Assembly (NCBI GenBank): GCA_964019335.1
Contig: OZ025692.1
Coordinates: 1-64,000, forward strand
Source: Diplonema japonicum
Lineage: Eukaryota > Protista > Euglenozoa: Diplonemea
Direction: 5' to 3'
DNA: 64,000 nt
The translations under genes and the position numbers were made by a program. The notes under the pieces are model-generated. The model ran no database searches, had not been told where the DNA came from, and saw only the letters and a list, made by a program, of their open reading frames with translations. Positions 1 to 10,307 of this stretch are shown in pieces (the first letter of the stretch is position 1; the number at the start of each line of letters is the position of its first letter).

Positions 1-375
1 GTTTGCGGGTTTGCGGGTTTGCGGGTTTGCGGGTTTGCGGGTTTGCGGGTTTGCGGGTTTGCGGGTTTGCGGGTTTGCGGGTTTGCGGGTTTGCGGGTTT
101 GCGGGTTTGCGGGTTTGCGGGTTTGCGGGTTTGCGGGTTTGCGGGTTTGCGGGTTTGCGGGTTTGCGGGTTTGCGGGTTTGCGGGTTTGCGGGTTTGCGG
201 GTTTGCGGGTTTGCGGGTTTGCGGGTTTGCGGGTTTGCGGGTTTGCGGGTTTGCGGGTTTGCGGGTTTGCGGGTTTGCGGGTTTGCGGGTTTGCGGGTTT
301 GCGGGTTTGCGGGTTTGCGGGCGGGTTTGCGGGTTTGCGGGTTTGCGGGTTTGCGGGATTTGCGGGTTTGCGGGT
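1..375 (+). repeat. Tandem 8-bp repeat (GTTTGCGG/TTTGCGGG)n, ~46 units, running off the left edge of the window; telomere-like G-rich unit
   Basis: 40 perfect units over 1-320, then a unit lacking TTTG at ~321 and a unit with an extra A (GGGATTTGC) at ~358; ends CGGGT at 375. Confidence 0.97.
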
Positions 376-3300
376 GAGGGACATGTTGGTGAAGCACTGC
401 TACAGCGGCGGGTTGCAAGCGGTGAAGGAGCAACAAGGCCTCCTGGGTGACGGGAGGAAGCCTGCTGACGTTTACCTCCCGATGGGGGTGGAAGGCGAGG
501 GCCCTCTGGCCATCGACGTGACGGTGGTCCACCCGTGTGCGAGCGCCCACCTGGCGGCGGCAATGGCGGTTCCGGGGGCGGCTGCGGAGAAACAGGCGGA
601 GTCGAAGCGGGCGAAGTACGCGAGCGACTGCGAGAGAGCCCGGATACGGTTCACCCCCTGTGCTCTGGAGACGTTTGGCGGGTTCGGGACCGACGCCAGG
701 AGGGTGCTGAAGAGGATCGCGGCGGAGGTGGCGAAGAAGAGGCAGCGGGACGCGACGGAGGTCTATAGGACCATGACAGAGGAACTGAGCGTAGCCCTCA
801 TGAGAGAGGTGGCAGTGGAGACGAGGAGGAGGCACCCGATCAAAGAGACACAAGCACCGCCCGACCCACCCCCGGCCCCAGACATCCCCCCCGATGGCCC
901 AGGAGACGAGGAAGCCCAGGCAGCGGGCGCCCCCCCACCCTCGACGGAGGACGCGTCAGGCACGACAAAAACCGAATCAGCCGACATGCCCGCTGGAGAG
1001 GAGGAAGTGTGCACGACGCAGGATGGCCCCAGCGCGATGGAGGAGGACCCGGCAGAGGACATGCCAGAGGAGCAGGCGGAGTTGCAGACAGGCCCTCTCT
1101 CATTGCAGGGGGAGGACTTCGGCTTGATGGAGGTGGAAAGCGAGGACGGGCTGGAGGGCGGTGCTCCGCAGGCGGACATCCCCGCCGCCCCCCCGGTCGT
1201 CGGAGGGACGGACTTGGCCCCCGCGGGGGAGGGGGGGACCCCTGACGCGACGGAGGTGAGGGAGCCCTGGGAGGCAGTGCCGCTACCAGACGTCTCCAGC
1301 CCCGACGCGATGGAGGATGATACGGCAGGGAGCTCGCTCGCAGAAGGGTGGGTCCCGCAGGCAGGCCCCGCTGCCCCGCGGGTGGACATCTCAGGTTCTA
1401 AAGAAAACGAAACAGCCGACTTGTCCATGGGGGAGGGAAGTCCTCAGGAGGAGGAGCCCGGCTTGATGGAGGAGGACACGGAAGAGAGCGGGGATGGGCA
1501 GGGCGGAGGGACGTCGCTGGGATACACCTCCACCCCGGCGGAGGAGGTGGGCCCGACCGACATGTCCGTGGAGGAGGAGGAGGAGAAGAGTGATTCGATA
1601 GAGGGTGGGGAACCCATGGAGGGGACGTCTCAGTCGGACGCCTCCGACTCCTCCTCGGAGGGCAACACTGGCACAGAAAACACCATCCAAGCCGCATTGC
1701 CTGAAGGAATGGAGGAGGAGGACGCGCAGGGAACGGACCGGATGGAGGTTGAGGGGGGCCTGACTCCGCCGCAGGCATCAGAGGGGAACACTGGCACAGA
1801 AAACACCATCCAAGCCGTATTGCCCGAAGGAATGGAGGAGGAGGGCTCGCAGGGGACGGTCCAGACGGAGGTTGAGGGGGGCCTAACCCCGCCACAGGCA
1901 TCAGAGGGGGATGAGCCTATGGGGCCACTCCTGCTCGAGGGACGGGCTGAGGTAAGTGGAGAACCGAGCAACCACCAGTTTCCCCTCTCTCCGTCCCCCT
2001 CGGGAAGGGAGGACGACCAGATGTCGTGGCAGGGGCCGCAGGAAGGGGAGGGGGGGCCCTCACCGTCATCTTCGATGGAGGAAGTCCTCTCGTCCGCCCC
2101 AGAGTCCAGCAGCGAAGGCCCCGGGGTCGGAGAAGGGGACGCAGAGTTGCAGAGCGCCGGAGGGGAGGGAGGTTCGGAGTCACCCGGGTCGGCCAGCCCG
2201 ATGAGGGAGGACGAAGGGAGCCCCGATCTGGAAGCGGCAGAAGCCGGAGGCCCGCCAGCGGCGGTGAGCCAGGAGGTGGAGCGGACCGGGCTGGGCGCGT
2301 TCTCTAGGGAGCAGATCATGGCGATCCTGGAGGCGGATGTCTTCTCTCCTGTACCCGCGGGAGAAAGCGGCCTGGGGACGACACAACCCTCACAGGGAGC
2401 GGCGGTGCTAACCCCAAGGGCCTCCCAGTCGGTGCTCGGAGGAGGGTGCGACTCCCCCATTGTGGCGGCGGTGTTGGAAGGGGCTGCCCGAGGCCCCCCT
2501 TCGTCGGAGGGGGACAGGGCAAGGCTTGGGGGAGACCGTGAGTCAGGCTCTCCGGAGGCCAGGAGCACGGGGAACACACCGTCCGTGACGCTTGTGGGAG
2601 CCATCGGGGAAAGCCTGGTGAGGAAGAGGGTCCCGTCCAACGAGGCCCTGTCCGCCCAGAGGGATCCCAAGGTACAGAGGCACCCAGCGTTGCTGGACGT
2701 CAGGGGGCCTGCGGTCCGCCCCTGGTTCCCAGTCCAACTAGAGTCAGACGAAGTTTACGTGGCGCGGGTTCTCTTCGAGGCGGACGGGGAGGAGGAGTCC
2801 CCCATCCAGTCGGAAGGCGTCGAACCCCCTATCCAGGCGGAGGGTGGTGAGTCCCATGTCCGGGAGCTCCCCGCCCAGGAGGAGGAGGCTGGGTCTCCCA
2901 CCCAGGCGGAGGTGGGTGAGTCCCCCACTCAGACGGAGGGCAGTGGATCCAGCATCCAGGTGGAGGATAGCGAATCCCCTACTCAGTCGGAGGGTGATGA
3001 GTCCCACATCCAGGAGGAAGGAGGGGAGTCCCCTGCCCAGGCGGAAGGTGAAGCTAATGAGCCCCCCATCCAGACGGGAGCGGCGGTGGAGGACGGGACC
3101 GCGCCCGAGCCCCTCGAGATTGATTCGCCGGAGGTCAGTGGGAACAGGGGTCTGGCGAGGAAGAGGGTGCCCTCGAATGAGGCTCAGTCCGCCCAGCGGA
3201 CCCCAAAAGTGAAGAAGGGTCGCGGCCAGCTGGACGTAAGAGAATCGAGCCTGGCCGCTGGCATGCGCGTGCTGTTCGGAGCGGTTCCGCCCCCTTCCCT

Positions 3301-3766
3301 GACCCCCTTGGCCGTGGGTAGCAGGCCGCCGCAGGAGGAAGGCGAAACGGCGCAATCTCCCATTCCGGGGGCGAGCGGTGCAGGGCTCTACTCTCCAGAG
3401 GCGAGGTTCCCGGAGGCGCCCGTGGTGTCCATGGCCGCGGACCTGTGCGAGTCGGACGGGATGGAGGCACATTCGGCCCCCTCCGGTGTGGACAGAGAGC
3501 CTTCGCCCGCTCGTCCGTCGCAGTCTCCCGTGCTGGGGGCTGAAGGCGGGGGGCGCCTCTCTCCGGAGGTCAGTACCCCAGAAACCTCCAACCCCGATGT
3601 CCGGGTAGAGGGCGGGGAAAAGGTCGCCAGAAAAAGGGTACCTTCCCACGAGACCCAGTCGGCCCAACGCGCCGCTAAGGTCGGGAAGGGCCCTGTCCAA
3701 CGAGATGTGAGGGGGCCCCAGGGTGGTCGATCCACCCCCCTGGGCTCGCAAGGGCCCAGGGCTTGA
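374..3766 (+). CDS. Remnant ORF: PD-(D/E)xK restriction-like endonuclease (~374-840) plus a long acidic Glu/Gly/Pro/Ser-rich disordered C-terminal extension
   Basis: Frame of track ORF 11..3766 beyond the repeat; stop-free for ~1130 codons; first ATG at 383. Confidence 0.75.
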   Translation: MRDMLVKHCYSGGLQAVKEQQGLLGDGRKPADVYLPMGVEGEGPLAIDVTVVHPCASAHLAAAMAVPGAAAEKQAESKRAKYASDCERARIRFTPCALETFGGFGTDARRVLKRIAAEVAKKRQRDATEVYRTMTEELSVALMREVAVETRRRHPIKETQAPPDPPPAPDIPPDGPGDEEAQAAGAPPPSTEDASGTTKTESADMPAGEEEVCTTQDGPSAMEEDPAEDMPEEQAELQTGPLSLQGEDFGLMEVESEDGLEGGAPQADIPAAPPVVGGTDLAPAGEGGTPDATEVREPWEAVPLPDVSSPDAMEDDTAGSSLAEGWVPQAGPAAPRVDISGSKENETADLSMGEGSPQEEEPGLMEEDTEESGDGQGGGTSLGYTSTPAEEVGPTDMSVEEEEEKSDSIEGGEPMEGTSQSDASDSSSEGNTGTENTIQAALPEGMEEEDAQGTDRMEVEGGLTPPQASEGNTGTENTIQAVLPEGMEEEGSQGTVQTEVEGGLTPPQASEGDEPMGPLLLEGRAEVSGEPSNHQFPLSPSPSGREDDQMSWQGPQEGEGGPSPSSSMEEVLSSAPESSSEGPGVGEGDAELQSAGGEGGSESPGSASPMREDEGSPDLEAAEAGGPPAAVSQEVERTGLGAFSREQIMAILEADVFSPVPAGESGLGTTQPSQGAAVLTPRASQSVLGGGCDSPIVAAVLEGAARGPPSSEGDRARLGGDRESGSPEARSTGNTPSVTLVGAIGESLVRKRVPSNEALSAQRDPKVQRHPALLDVRGPAVRPWFPVQLESDEVYVARVLFEADGEEESPIQSEGVEPPIQAEGGESHVRELPAQEEEAGSPTQAEVGESPTQTEGSGSSIQVEDSESPTQSEGDESHIQEEGGESPAQAEGEANEPPIQTGAAVEDGTAPEPLEIDSPEVSGNRGLARKRVPSNEAQSAQRTPKVKKGRGQLDVRESSLAAGMRVLFGAVPPPSLTPLAVGSRPPQEEGETAQSPIPGASGAGLYSPEARFPEAPVVSMAADLCESDGMEAHSAPSGVDREPSPARPSQSPVLGAEGGGRLSPEVSTPETSNPDVRVEGGEKVARKRVPSHETQSAQRAAKVGKGPVQRDVRGPQGGRSTPLGSQGPRA
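1655..1900 (+). repeat. Two tandem 123-bp (41-aa) direct repeats inside the ORF
   Basis: SEGNTGTENTIQAALPEGMEEE...GGLTPPQA at 1655-1777 and a near-identical copy at 1778-1900. Confidence 0.92.
2795..3079 (+). repeat. Degenerate 27-bp (9-aa) coding minisatellite, consensus ESPxQxEGx
   Basis: ESPIQSEGV, EPPIQAEGG, GSPTQAEVG, ESPTQTEGS, ESPTQSEGD, ESHIQEEGG, ESPAQAEGE. Confidence 0.8.
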
Positions 3767-3810
3767 GCAGCCAACATTAAGGGTTCCTGAGGGAAGCCCT
3801 CTTTAGAATT

Positions 3811-3949
3811 CCCCCCCCTTTTTTTTTTTTTTTTTTTTTTGCAAGAACGAGTCTTTGACTTGTCTAAACAAAAGGGGAACGTTGGCAACGTGTTTCGGGT
3901 TGACAAACGTCTCCAGGTTTTACCCGGCACGTACAAACAACGGCCAGTC

Positions 3950-4026
<77 letters not shown>

Positions 4027-5304
4027 CCATTACAACAAAACGACAAAGGGGAAAAAAAAAAAAAAAGAAAGTTAGCAAAAGAAAAAAAAAAGGGGACCGG
4101 GAGTTTTCCCCCTGAAGTTCCTTTGTTAAAACATGTTTGCTGTTGGGTTTCCGTTTCTTTTCTTTTTGGTTTTACTAGGAGTTTTCCTTCTACAGATTGT
4201 TTGCTGATGGTTTTGAGTTGATTCTTTTTTATTTTTTATCTTATGGTTTAACTAGAAGTTTTCCTTCTACAGCTTGTTCGCTGACGGGTGGGTTTATCAG
4301 GCGGGCTTCCATAGCTGGTGACCTATGGAAGCCTTCCCAAATTTTTTCTTTTTTTCAGGCCGGGCTGGGGAAGGACGGCAAGACCACCAACGGAGGAGAA
4401 ACCGCTGCAGAAAGGGGAAAGGTGCAGGAAGACGAAGAGGACGAGAGGGCGTCTCACAAAGACTCCCTTCAATTCATATATCTTTTATTTTCTTTTTATT
4501 TTTCTTTTCTTTATTTTCTTTCTCCCAACCCTACCCCCCCTCGAAAAAAAAAAGAAAAGAAAAGAAAAGATTCATTCCTCCCTAGTTTATTATATTTTGC
4601 ATCAGGTTCGCCGAGAAAATAAAAGGAAAAACAAGGAAAGAGAACGGCAACCAAATTTTAAATTTTTATTTTATCATCAAAGGAGGTTTGAAAAAGAGAA
4701 AAATTAAAGAGAAGAAAGAGGCCTTTTTCTCCTCTATCGATAAGTGATTCACGAACTCGAATCTTTATCACCACTTTTTTGTGCATGCCAGATTTTTTTT
4801 TTCTCCCGCCTTGTTAGAGAAGTTTTAATTTACTAGTAAAAAAATAAAAAAAGTGAAAAGAGGAGTAGAAGACGATCCGGTGGGGGGCATGGGAACCATA
4901 AACCGTGTCTTCCATCGCGATCGGCAAGGCGGGGGCTTTTCCGTCCCATGGGTGAAAAGAGGCGGATAAAACCACTATTCCGGACCCCCCCCAACACTGA
5001 GCATGCACTTTTTCCCCCATACATACCTCTCTTGTTTATCAAAATATCACCAATTTTACGGCGGACGCCAAGAAAAAAAAAAGCCAAGGAGAAGGAGTTT
5101 AGGGAAATAACAAAAGACCTACGGCCCCAAGGAAGGCGGTGAAAACAGCCATGGTGGGCCAGCCCTGGCAGACAGGGAGCCTGAACACCAAGAACACCGC
5201 GGAGCCAAATTTGCATCCGGAATTTTCGGTTTTCAAACTTACAAAAACCCCCTGTAGGCATCTGCGTCCGTCCAGCCCCATTTTGGCACCCCTTTTGGGT
5301 GCGG

Positions 5305-5347
<43 letters not shown>

Positions 5348-5520
5348 AAAAAAAAAAAAAAAAAAAAAAAGGAAAAACAAAAAGAAAAAAAAAAAAAGGA
5401 AAAAAAAAAAAAAATCTAAGTGGTTCTATCTAGCCTGGCCGTTGTAGCACCTGTTCCCTATTCTTTTATTTTTCCCTTTTTTTTTTTCTCAGAAAAAAAA
5501 AAAAAAAGTTTCACATCTTC
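3811..5520. repeat. AT-rich low-complexity spacer with long homopolymers
   Basis: T22 at 3819-3840, T73 at 3954-4026, near-pure A tract at 5305-5414, A15 at 5493-5507. A ~37-bp imperfect direct repeat (actagRagttttccttctacag..tgtt.gctga.gg) lies at ~4174 and ~4251. Confidence 0.9.
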
Positions 5521-5563
5521 CTATGGCGGGGGGGGGAGAACAGCCCCCCACACCCCCGCTGGC

Positions 5564-7980
5564 CTATCTGGCCAGCGAGCCTTTGGACCTCTTCTTGTGG
5601 GGTATGGGCCCCACCCGTGCCCTCCCCGACTCGAGCTGCAGCCAAGCCACCGCACTGTTCACCGGGGCCCAGTTCTCCTTGTTGCGCACCTTGACCGTGT
5701 CCCGCACCAGGTCGTCGCTCCCCAGCTCTTCCATCAACCTGTGCTCCGCCAAGAACTTGAACTGGGCCCGGTCATCCCCTTGAGCTCACCCCTGCATATG
5801 TTGGCTTCGACCACGGTGCCATCCGCCCCCGTACCCTTCAGATAGATGTAGCCACCCTCCACACAATCCGAGTCAGTACTGGCCGATCGGGCCCAGGCCC
5901 GCTTCTTGTCCTTCTTGCTCCACTTCAGCTCTTCCAGGGTGGGGAGGTCCGTGGCAACCACCTCAGGCCGCCTCTCCCTGTCTTCCTCCTTCTTCCGGGC
6001 CAACAGCCCAAGGTACCTCTCAAAGGAGACGTCCTCGAACAACCCCGGGACCGTCACCACCGCTGACTGCAGGTCGACCTCTTCAACACCCATCTTCCGC
6101 AGATGGTCCTGGACAGTGCGCCTCGTCTCCTTCTCGCAGGGCCCCCTCCCCTCGTAGACGTCGAGGGTGACCTTCCTTCCATCCCTCACCCACGCCTTCA
6201 CTTTGATCAGGTCCTTGACCTTTCCCACTGGGGCCCTTATCCTTGCGTCGCACCTCTCCAAGAACTCACGTAGTGTCACCTTGGTAGCGCCGGCTCCCGC
6301 CGCAATGCCCACTACCCCTTCCTTCCCCGGTGTCGGGTGGTGTCTGCACCCCCGGGTCTGCAACTTGACCACCCTCCATGCCGTTTCCAGAGTCCCCTTG
6401 AGCACGCCACCCTTGAAACGAACAGGTTGCACCGCCGAACACCCACACGCGTACGTGATCTGGAAATCCTGGACCGTCCTCGGGAACTCGAACTCGCGGT
6501 ATGTTTCCGACTTCTGCACCTCACAACCCACAATGCGGCTGCGGCGCTCTCCGTCCGACCCACCTTCCAAGCTTGCGAAGTACTGCTTTACCATCATGTA
6601 TCCAAGTCCAGCGATACCAATCTGGCCAGCCATAGCCACCTCCAGTGGAACACCCAGCGACTCGGCCTTCGCAAGAAGCATCTCCTCAGTCCTCTCCCTT
6701 CCAGGGTCCGTTCCTTCTTCAAGGATGATCTCCACCCGGCCCTCGAACTGGATGATGAACTTGAGCAGTCGGTCCCCCGGCCTCGCCCTCAGTGGCACCA
6801 TCGCTCTCGGAATTGGGATGCCCATCACCACATCAATCGGGTCAAGCTGAACGAAGTCTCCCCCTACTTCCACCTGCTGTTCCCTTTCCGGTGCCCGACT
6901 CCCATCAGCTGATCTCCCTCCGGCGTCTGGATCCCACCCCTAGGTGTGTCAGGCCCCGACTGGCTGCCTCCGCTCGGTGCGTTCCCGCCCTCTTTGGTCC
7001 CTTCGGGGGCGTCATCCGCCTGCGGCTTCAGAGTCCTCCCACCGCCCTGTCTCTTCGCAGCTTGTTCCCTACAGAATTCGCTCACGGTCATCTTCCTCGT
7101 AGCAGTTGTCGCACTCTGGTCCCCCTTGTTCGAGTCCCTCTGGGCCTCCGTATCCCCCTTAGGACACTGGACTCCTCCAAAATCCTCCACTTGGATCAGT
7201 TCTTCATCTCGTTTTGCTACTATCATCGCCAGGTACCTCTGCAACCTCTCCAGGTGTGCAAATCCGTGCCCCCTCGGCAAGATCCCGTGCAGTTCCAGGC
7301 AGAGAGGCCAGCCCGACCTGTCGCGTAGCGGTTCCAACCCGTCCCTCGCCAGCTCTTCCAGCGCAAGTGGGCATTCGTACAGCTGGTGCCGTAGCAGCGT
7401 CACTGTGTTCTGGTGTACTGCTGTGCATATGTCGCATCTATAATTCTGAGGAAGCATTGTCTCTCCGGGTGGTCTCCCGTCCTCTCTTTTCAAGTCATCA
7501 TTGTCCGGTTCCTCTTCCTCACTTGCCGGGTCGAGCGGAACGGTTTTCGGTCCCGCACTGGCGTGTGGGCTTATGTAGGGGACTGCTCCTGCTATGATCC
7601 TCCTGATCTGGTAGGCTACCACCGGATCCCTCTCCTCCTTCCACAGCCTATTCGTTTCAGGGTCAGCCCCAGCCTCGAGTCCTCGTACCGTGCTCCTTTC
7701 CTTCGTGAGGTCCCCGCACCGGGCCTTCCTCACAGCTTCCCTGAAGACGTGTCCTCTTTCTGGCCATCCCATGTTCTTGCAGTCCGTCATCGGCTCCAGC
7801 TCCATCCGATGTACGGCAGCCATCTTTTCATCAGGTTCCCAACCGGACCTCTTGGCGCCCCCCCTTCCACGTAGCGTTCTGCTATTTTCTGCAACCTTTG
7901 TCGCAGTCCTTCCTTTTCCATGCCCTCGGATATCATTTTGAGGGACCGGTACGCCACTAATGAGGTAGGGTCGTTGGTGT
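5564..7980 (-). pseudogene. 5'-truncated, frameshifted C-terminal part (~800 aa) of a non-LTR retrotransposon ORF: post-RT region, CCHC zinc knuckle, long extension
   Basis: Four overlapping minus-strand frames join with three single-base shifts. The joined protein reads DPTSLVAY..GPVGNLMKRWLPYIGWSW / GHVFREAVR..GLEAGAD..IRRIIAGAV..CDIC-x12-H-x4-CP (7371-7436)..WPLCLELHGILP / EVGGDF.. / DDRAQFKFLAEHR..stop at 5564. The motif order matches my recollection of protist LINE C-termini. Confidence 0.62.
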
Positions 7981-8526
7981 GAAAAAAAAAAAAAAAAGAA
8001 GAAGAGACCATGCCTTCCTCTCGGGTTAAATTTGTCATTGTGGGCTTGATTTTCATATTTATCATCATTTTTAATTTTCATGTTTGTCATATCAGTGGGC
8101 TTCCCCTAGTATTTGTGTGTCTTTTGAAACAAAAAAAAACACTCACAAGTCCCCACTTTTTATTCTTTTCCCCCCCAAAAAGAAGTTTCGTGCGGGGTGC
8201 ACTCCGCCCCGTTCCACTTTCTTCCTCTGTAGCTTAGCAAGCTGTTCAACGTGTTGTTTATTTTTCCCCCTCAAAAAAAGCCCCCGGCCCTTGGGCCAGG
8301 GTGTTCAAGTGGGGAGGAGGCGCGTCCCTCCTGTTATTTAGTTCCTCCGAGAGGGTGGTCCCGCAAAAAAACCCACTCTTGTGTTTTCTCTTTTTTTAAT
8401 CTCAAGACCTACCGCCAGCGGTGGTTCCATCCCCCCCCCCCCCCCCCCCCTTTTAAATAAAGCTATGGTGTTTCAATGAATCTCGCTGCCGCAGATGTGT
8501 TAAAGATGACTGGGGTTCACTCTAGC

Positions 8527-8947
8527 GCACTACAAGGTCCACACACGGGACACCCATAAAAGGGGCCCTGGAACCCTGCCGTGCTAGGGGTCTCAGCACC
8601 CATTGGCTCAGCTTTTTCTTTTTAAATTTAAATTGGGCTTTAATAAACTTCGAGCGCTTGGCTCATTGCACTGCAAGAGCCACATCCGGGCACCCCGATA
8701 AAGGGCCCCTGGACAACTTGCCGTGCTGGAGTCGCAAGACGTCGGTAAAAAATGATAATCAGTTGTCTTCTTTGTGCCGAGTAAGGGCTTACTTCTGCAC
8801 TATACCTTCGCTTTAAACATCGCAGATATTGATGTGTTGAAATGCTTGGAGCCTACTATTGCACTGCAAGAGCCACATCCGAGCACCCCGATAGGGGCCC
8901 TGGACAACTTGCCATGCTTTCAGCTTTTCTTTTTTTTTAAATTTGGG
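8527..8947 (+). repeat. Three dispersed copies of a ~60-bp element
   Basis: gcactgcaagagccacatcc..gcaccccgata.gggccc.tggacaacttgcc.tgct at 8665-8727 and 8858-8918, with a diverged copy at 8527-8585. The flanking cagctttt..tttaaattt..ggg is also duplicated (~8609, ~8921). Confidence 0.85.
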
Positions 8948-10307
8948 AGTTTCAACAAATCTGGAATGTGTTGTGTTTGCTGGGGCTCACGACAGCAGAA
9001 GCTCTTGGAGCCACAACAAATATTAAAGCACAAAGGGATTCCAAAGCCCTGCTGGTGCAGCTTATCGAAGAATGGTTGTGCGATAGAAAAAGAGAAAATG
9101 CCGAGGTTTGCTTAATTTTTGTCACTGCCCCTGGCACAGACTTCTCTGCAGTGACTCGCTTAAAGGGAGGTGTCGTTACTCACCTAGACCTAGCTAATGG
9201 TCTTGCTGCCCGGGGGAGGGAACAAACCCAATGTACGGAAGGGACAAGGGCGGAACGGGGAGAGGGCAACACAACCCCCAACCCCGGACGACGGCGAGGT
9301 GGAAGCGAGGCAGCAGAACACGATCGAGCAAGTAGACTGTAGCTTTAGAATCGTTGGTAGGAGGTTGGTCAGGGTTTGCCCTTGCTCTCGCTTTTCTCTG
9401 ACTTCCTTTGCCTTTCCCATTTTTACAGCCTTAGGAACATTTTTTATCTTTGGCAGGCAAGCTAGAGTAGCATTTTTCTTGTGTCTTTATTGGTTGTTTG
9501 CTGGTAATGCCTGTCCTGTTCTGCTGTGCTATCCATTCCCTTTCACAAATACTTTAGTATACTTAAGTATCTGTACTTCTTGGAGAACCTGCCTGAGAGA
9601 TGTGCTTGACAAGCCACGCACTGGGTGCAGCAAGAGACACTGCTGAGCACAGCTACTTCGCTTCGATGTTAAAAGGACTGTGCTGTCGTGCATACATAGT
9701 GTAAACCTGTGGTGTGGTAGAACATAAGGAAATGCCACAAAGCAGGGCGAGGCTTAGATGAATGAAATAGGAAAGAATCGATAAAAACTAGCGTTTTTGT
9801 GGCCATAGCTAGTTTTAATGTGACGATGAAGCGAAACCCGCAGTTTGCAACAAGAAGGGTCTGAACAGGTCGTAAGTCCTTACACGTAAGTGACAGCTTC
9901 GGTATGACCAAAAAGATAGAAAGATGGAATATATTTAGAGAAATAGTGAAGAACACCTCAGTCGTTAACTCTACCTTTCAAACCACTTCAGACGTGTGCA
10001 CCAATCTTCTTGTGCGCCCACATGGCCCCTTGCACCGAGCATACGTTCTCCCCTCCGCAGCACCACTTGCACCCGTAGTACCCAAATGATGGCTCACTCT
10101 TGCAAGTACTCTGGCATCATCATACTGCATTCATTCTCGTGTTTCGGGGAAAGTTCTTCCTCCAGCTTGTTTGCTCGCTTTTATTTTTCTTCAGAGTGCA
10201 GTTGGCATTAAAAAAACAATAAACAAGAATAATAAAGCATTTGTAACTTACGTTAAAAAGCCTAAATTAACCGTTACAGAATTAACTGGGGCAATGTGGA
10301 AACACTG

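Larger units (their letters stand above)
374..3840 (+). mobile_element. 5'-truncated non-LTR retrotransposon with restriction-like endonuclease (CRE/SLACS/CZAR/MoTeR-like clade)
   Basis: The translation starts VRDML (tail of the RHNxVRD motif). It continues with E..RKPADV, AIDVTVVHP, KRAKY and FTPCALETFGGFG, which are characteristic CRE-type RLE motifs. The RT domain and zinc knuckle are absent. DNA is strongly GC-rich and ends in a hairpin plus T22. Confidence 0.8.

Noticed and set aside
1-375. Ordinary left-end telomere
   Set aside because: The G-rich strand points into the sequence; a telomerase-made left end would read (CCCGCAAA)n on the + strand.
3-450. ORFs reading (RVCGFAGL)n in all three frames
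   Set aside because: Translation artefact of a stop-free 8-bp repeat.
472-3936. Minus-strand and alternate-frame ORFs over the RLE ORF
   Set aside because: Shadows of GC-rich coding DNA with no motifs.
3839-5420. Poly-Phe/poly-Lys ORFs
   Set aside because: Translations of homopolymer runs.
8968-9342. 124-aa plus-strand ORF with a possible 34-nt GT-AG intron near 9106-9139
   Set aside because: No credible start, no recognisable motif, and the donor (GTTTGC) differs from the GTATG seen elsewhere; cannot be supported.
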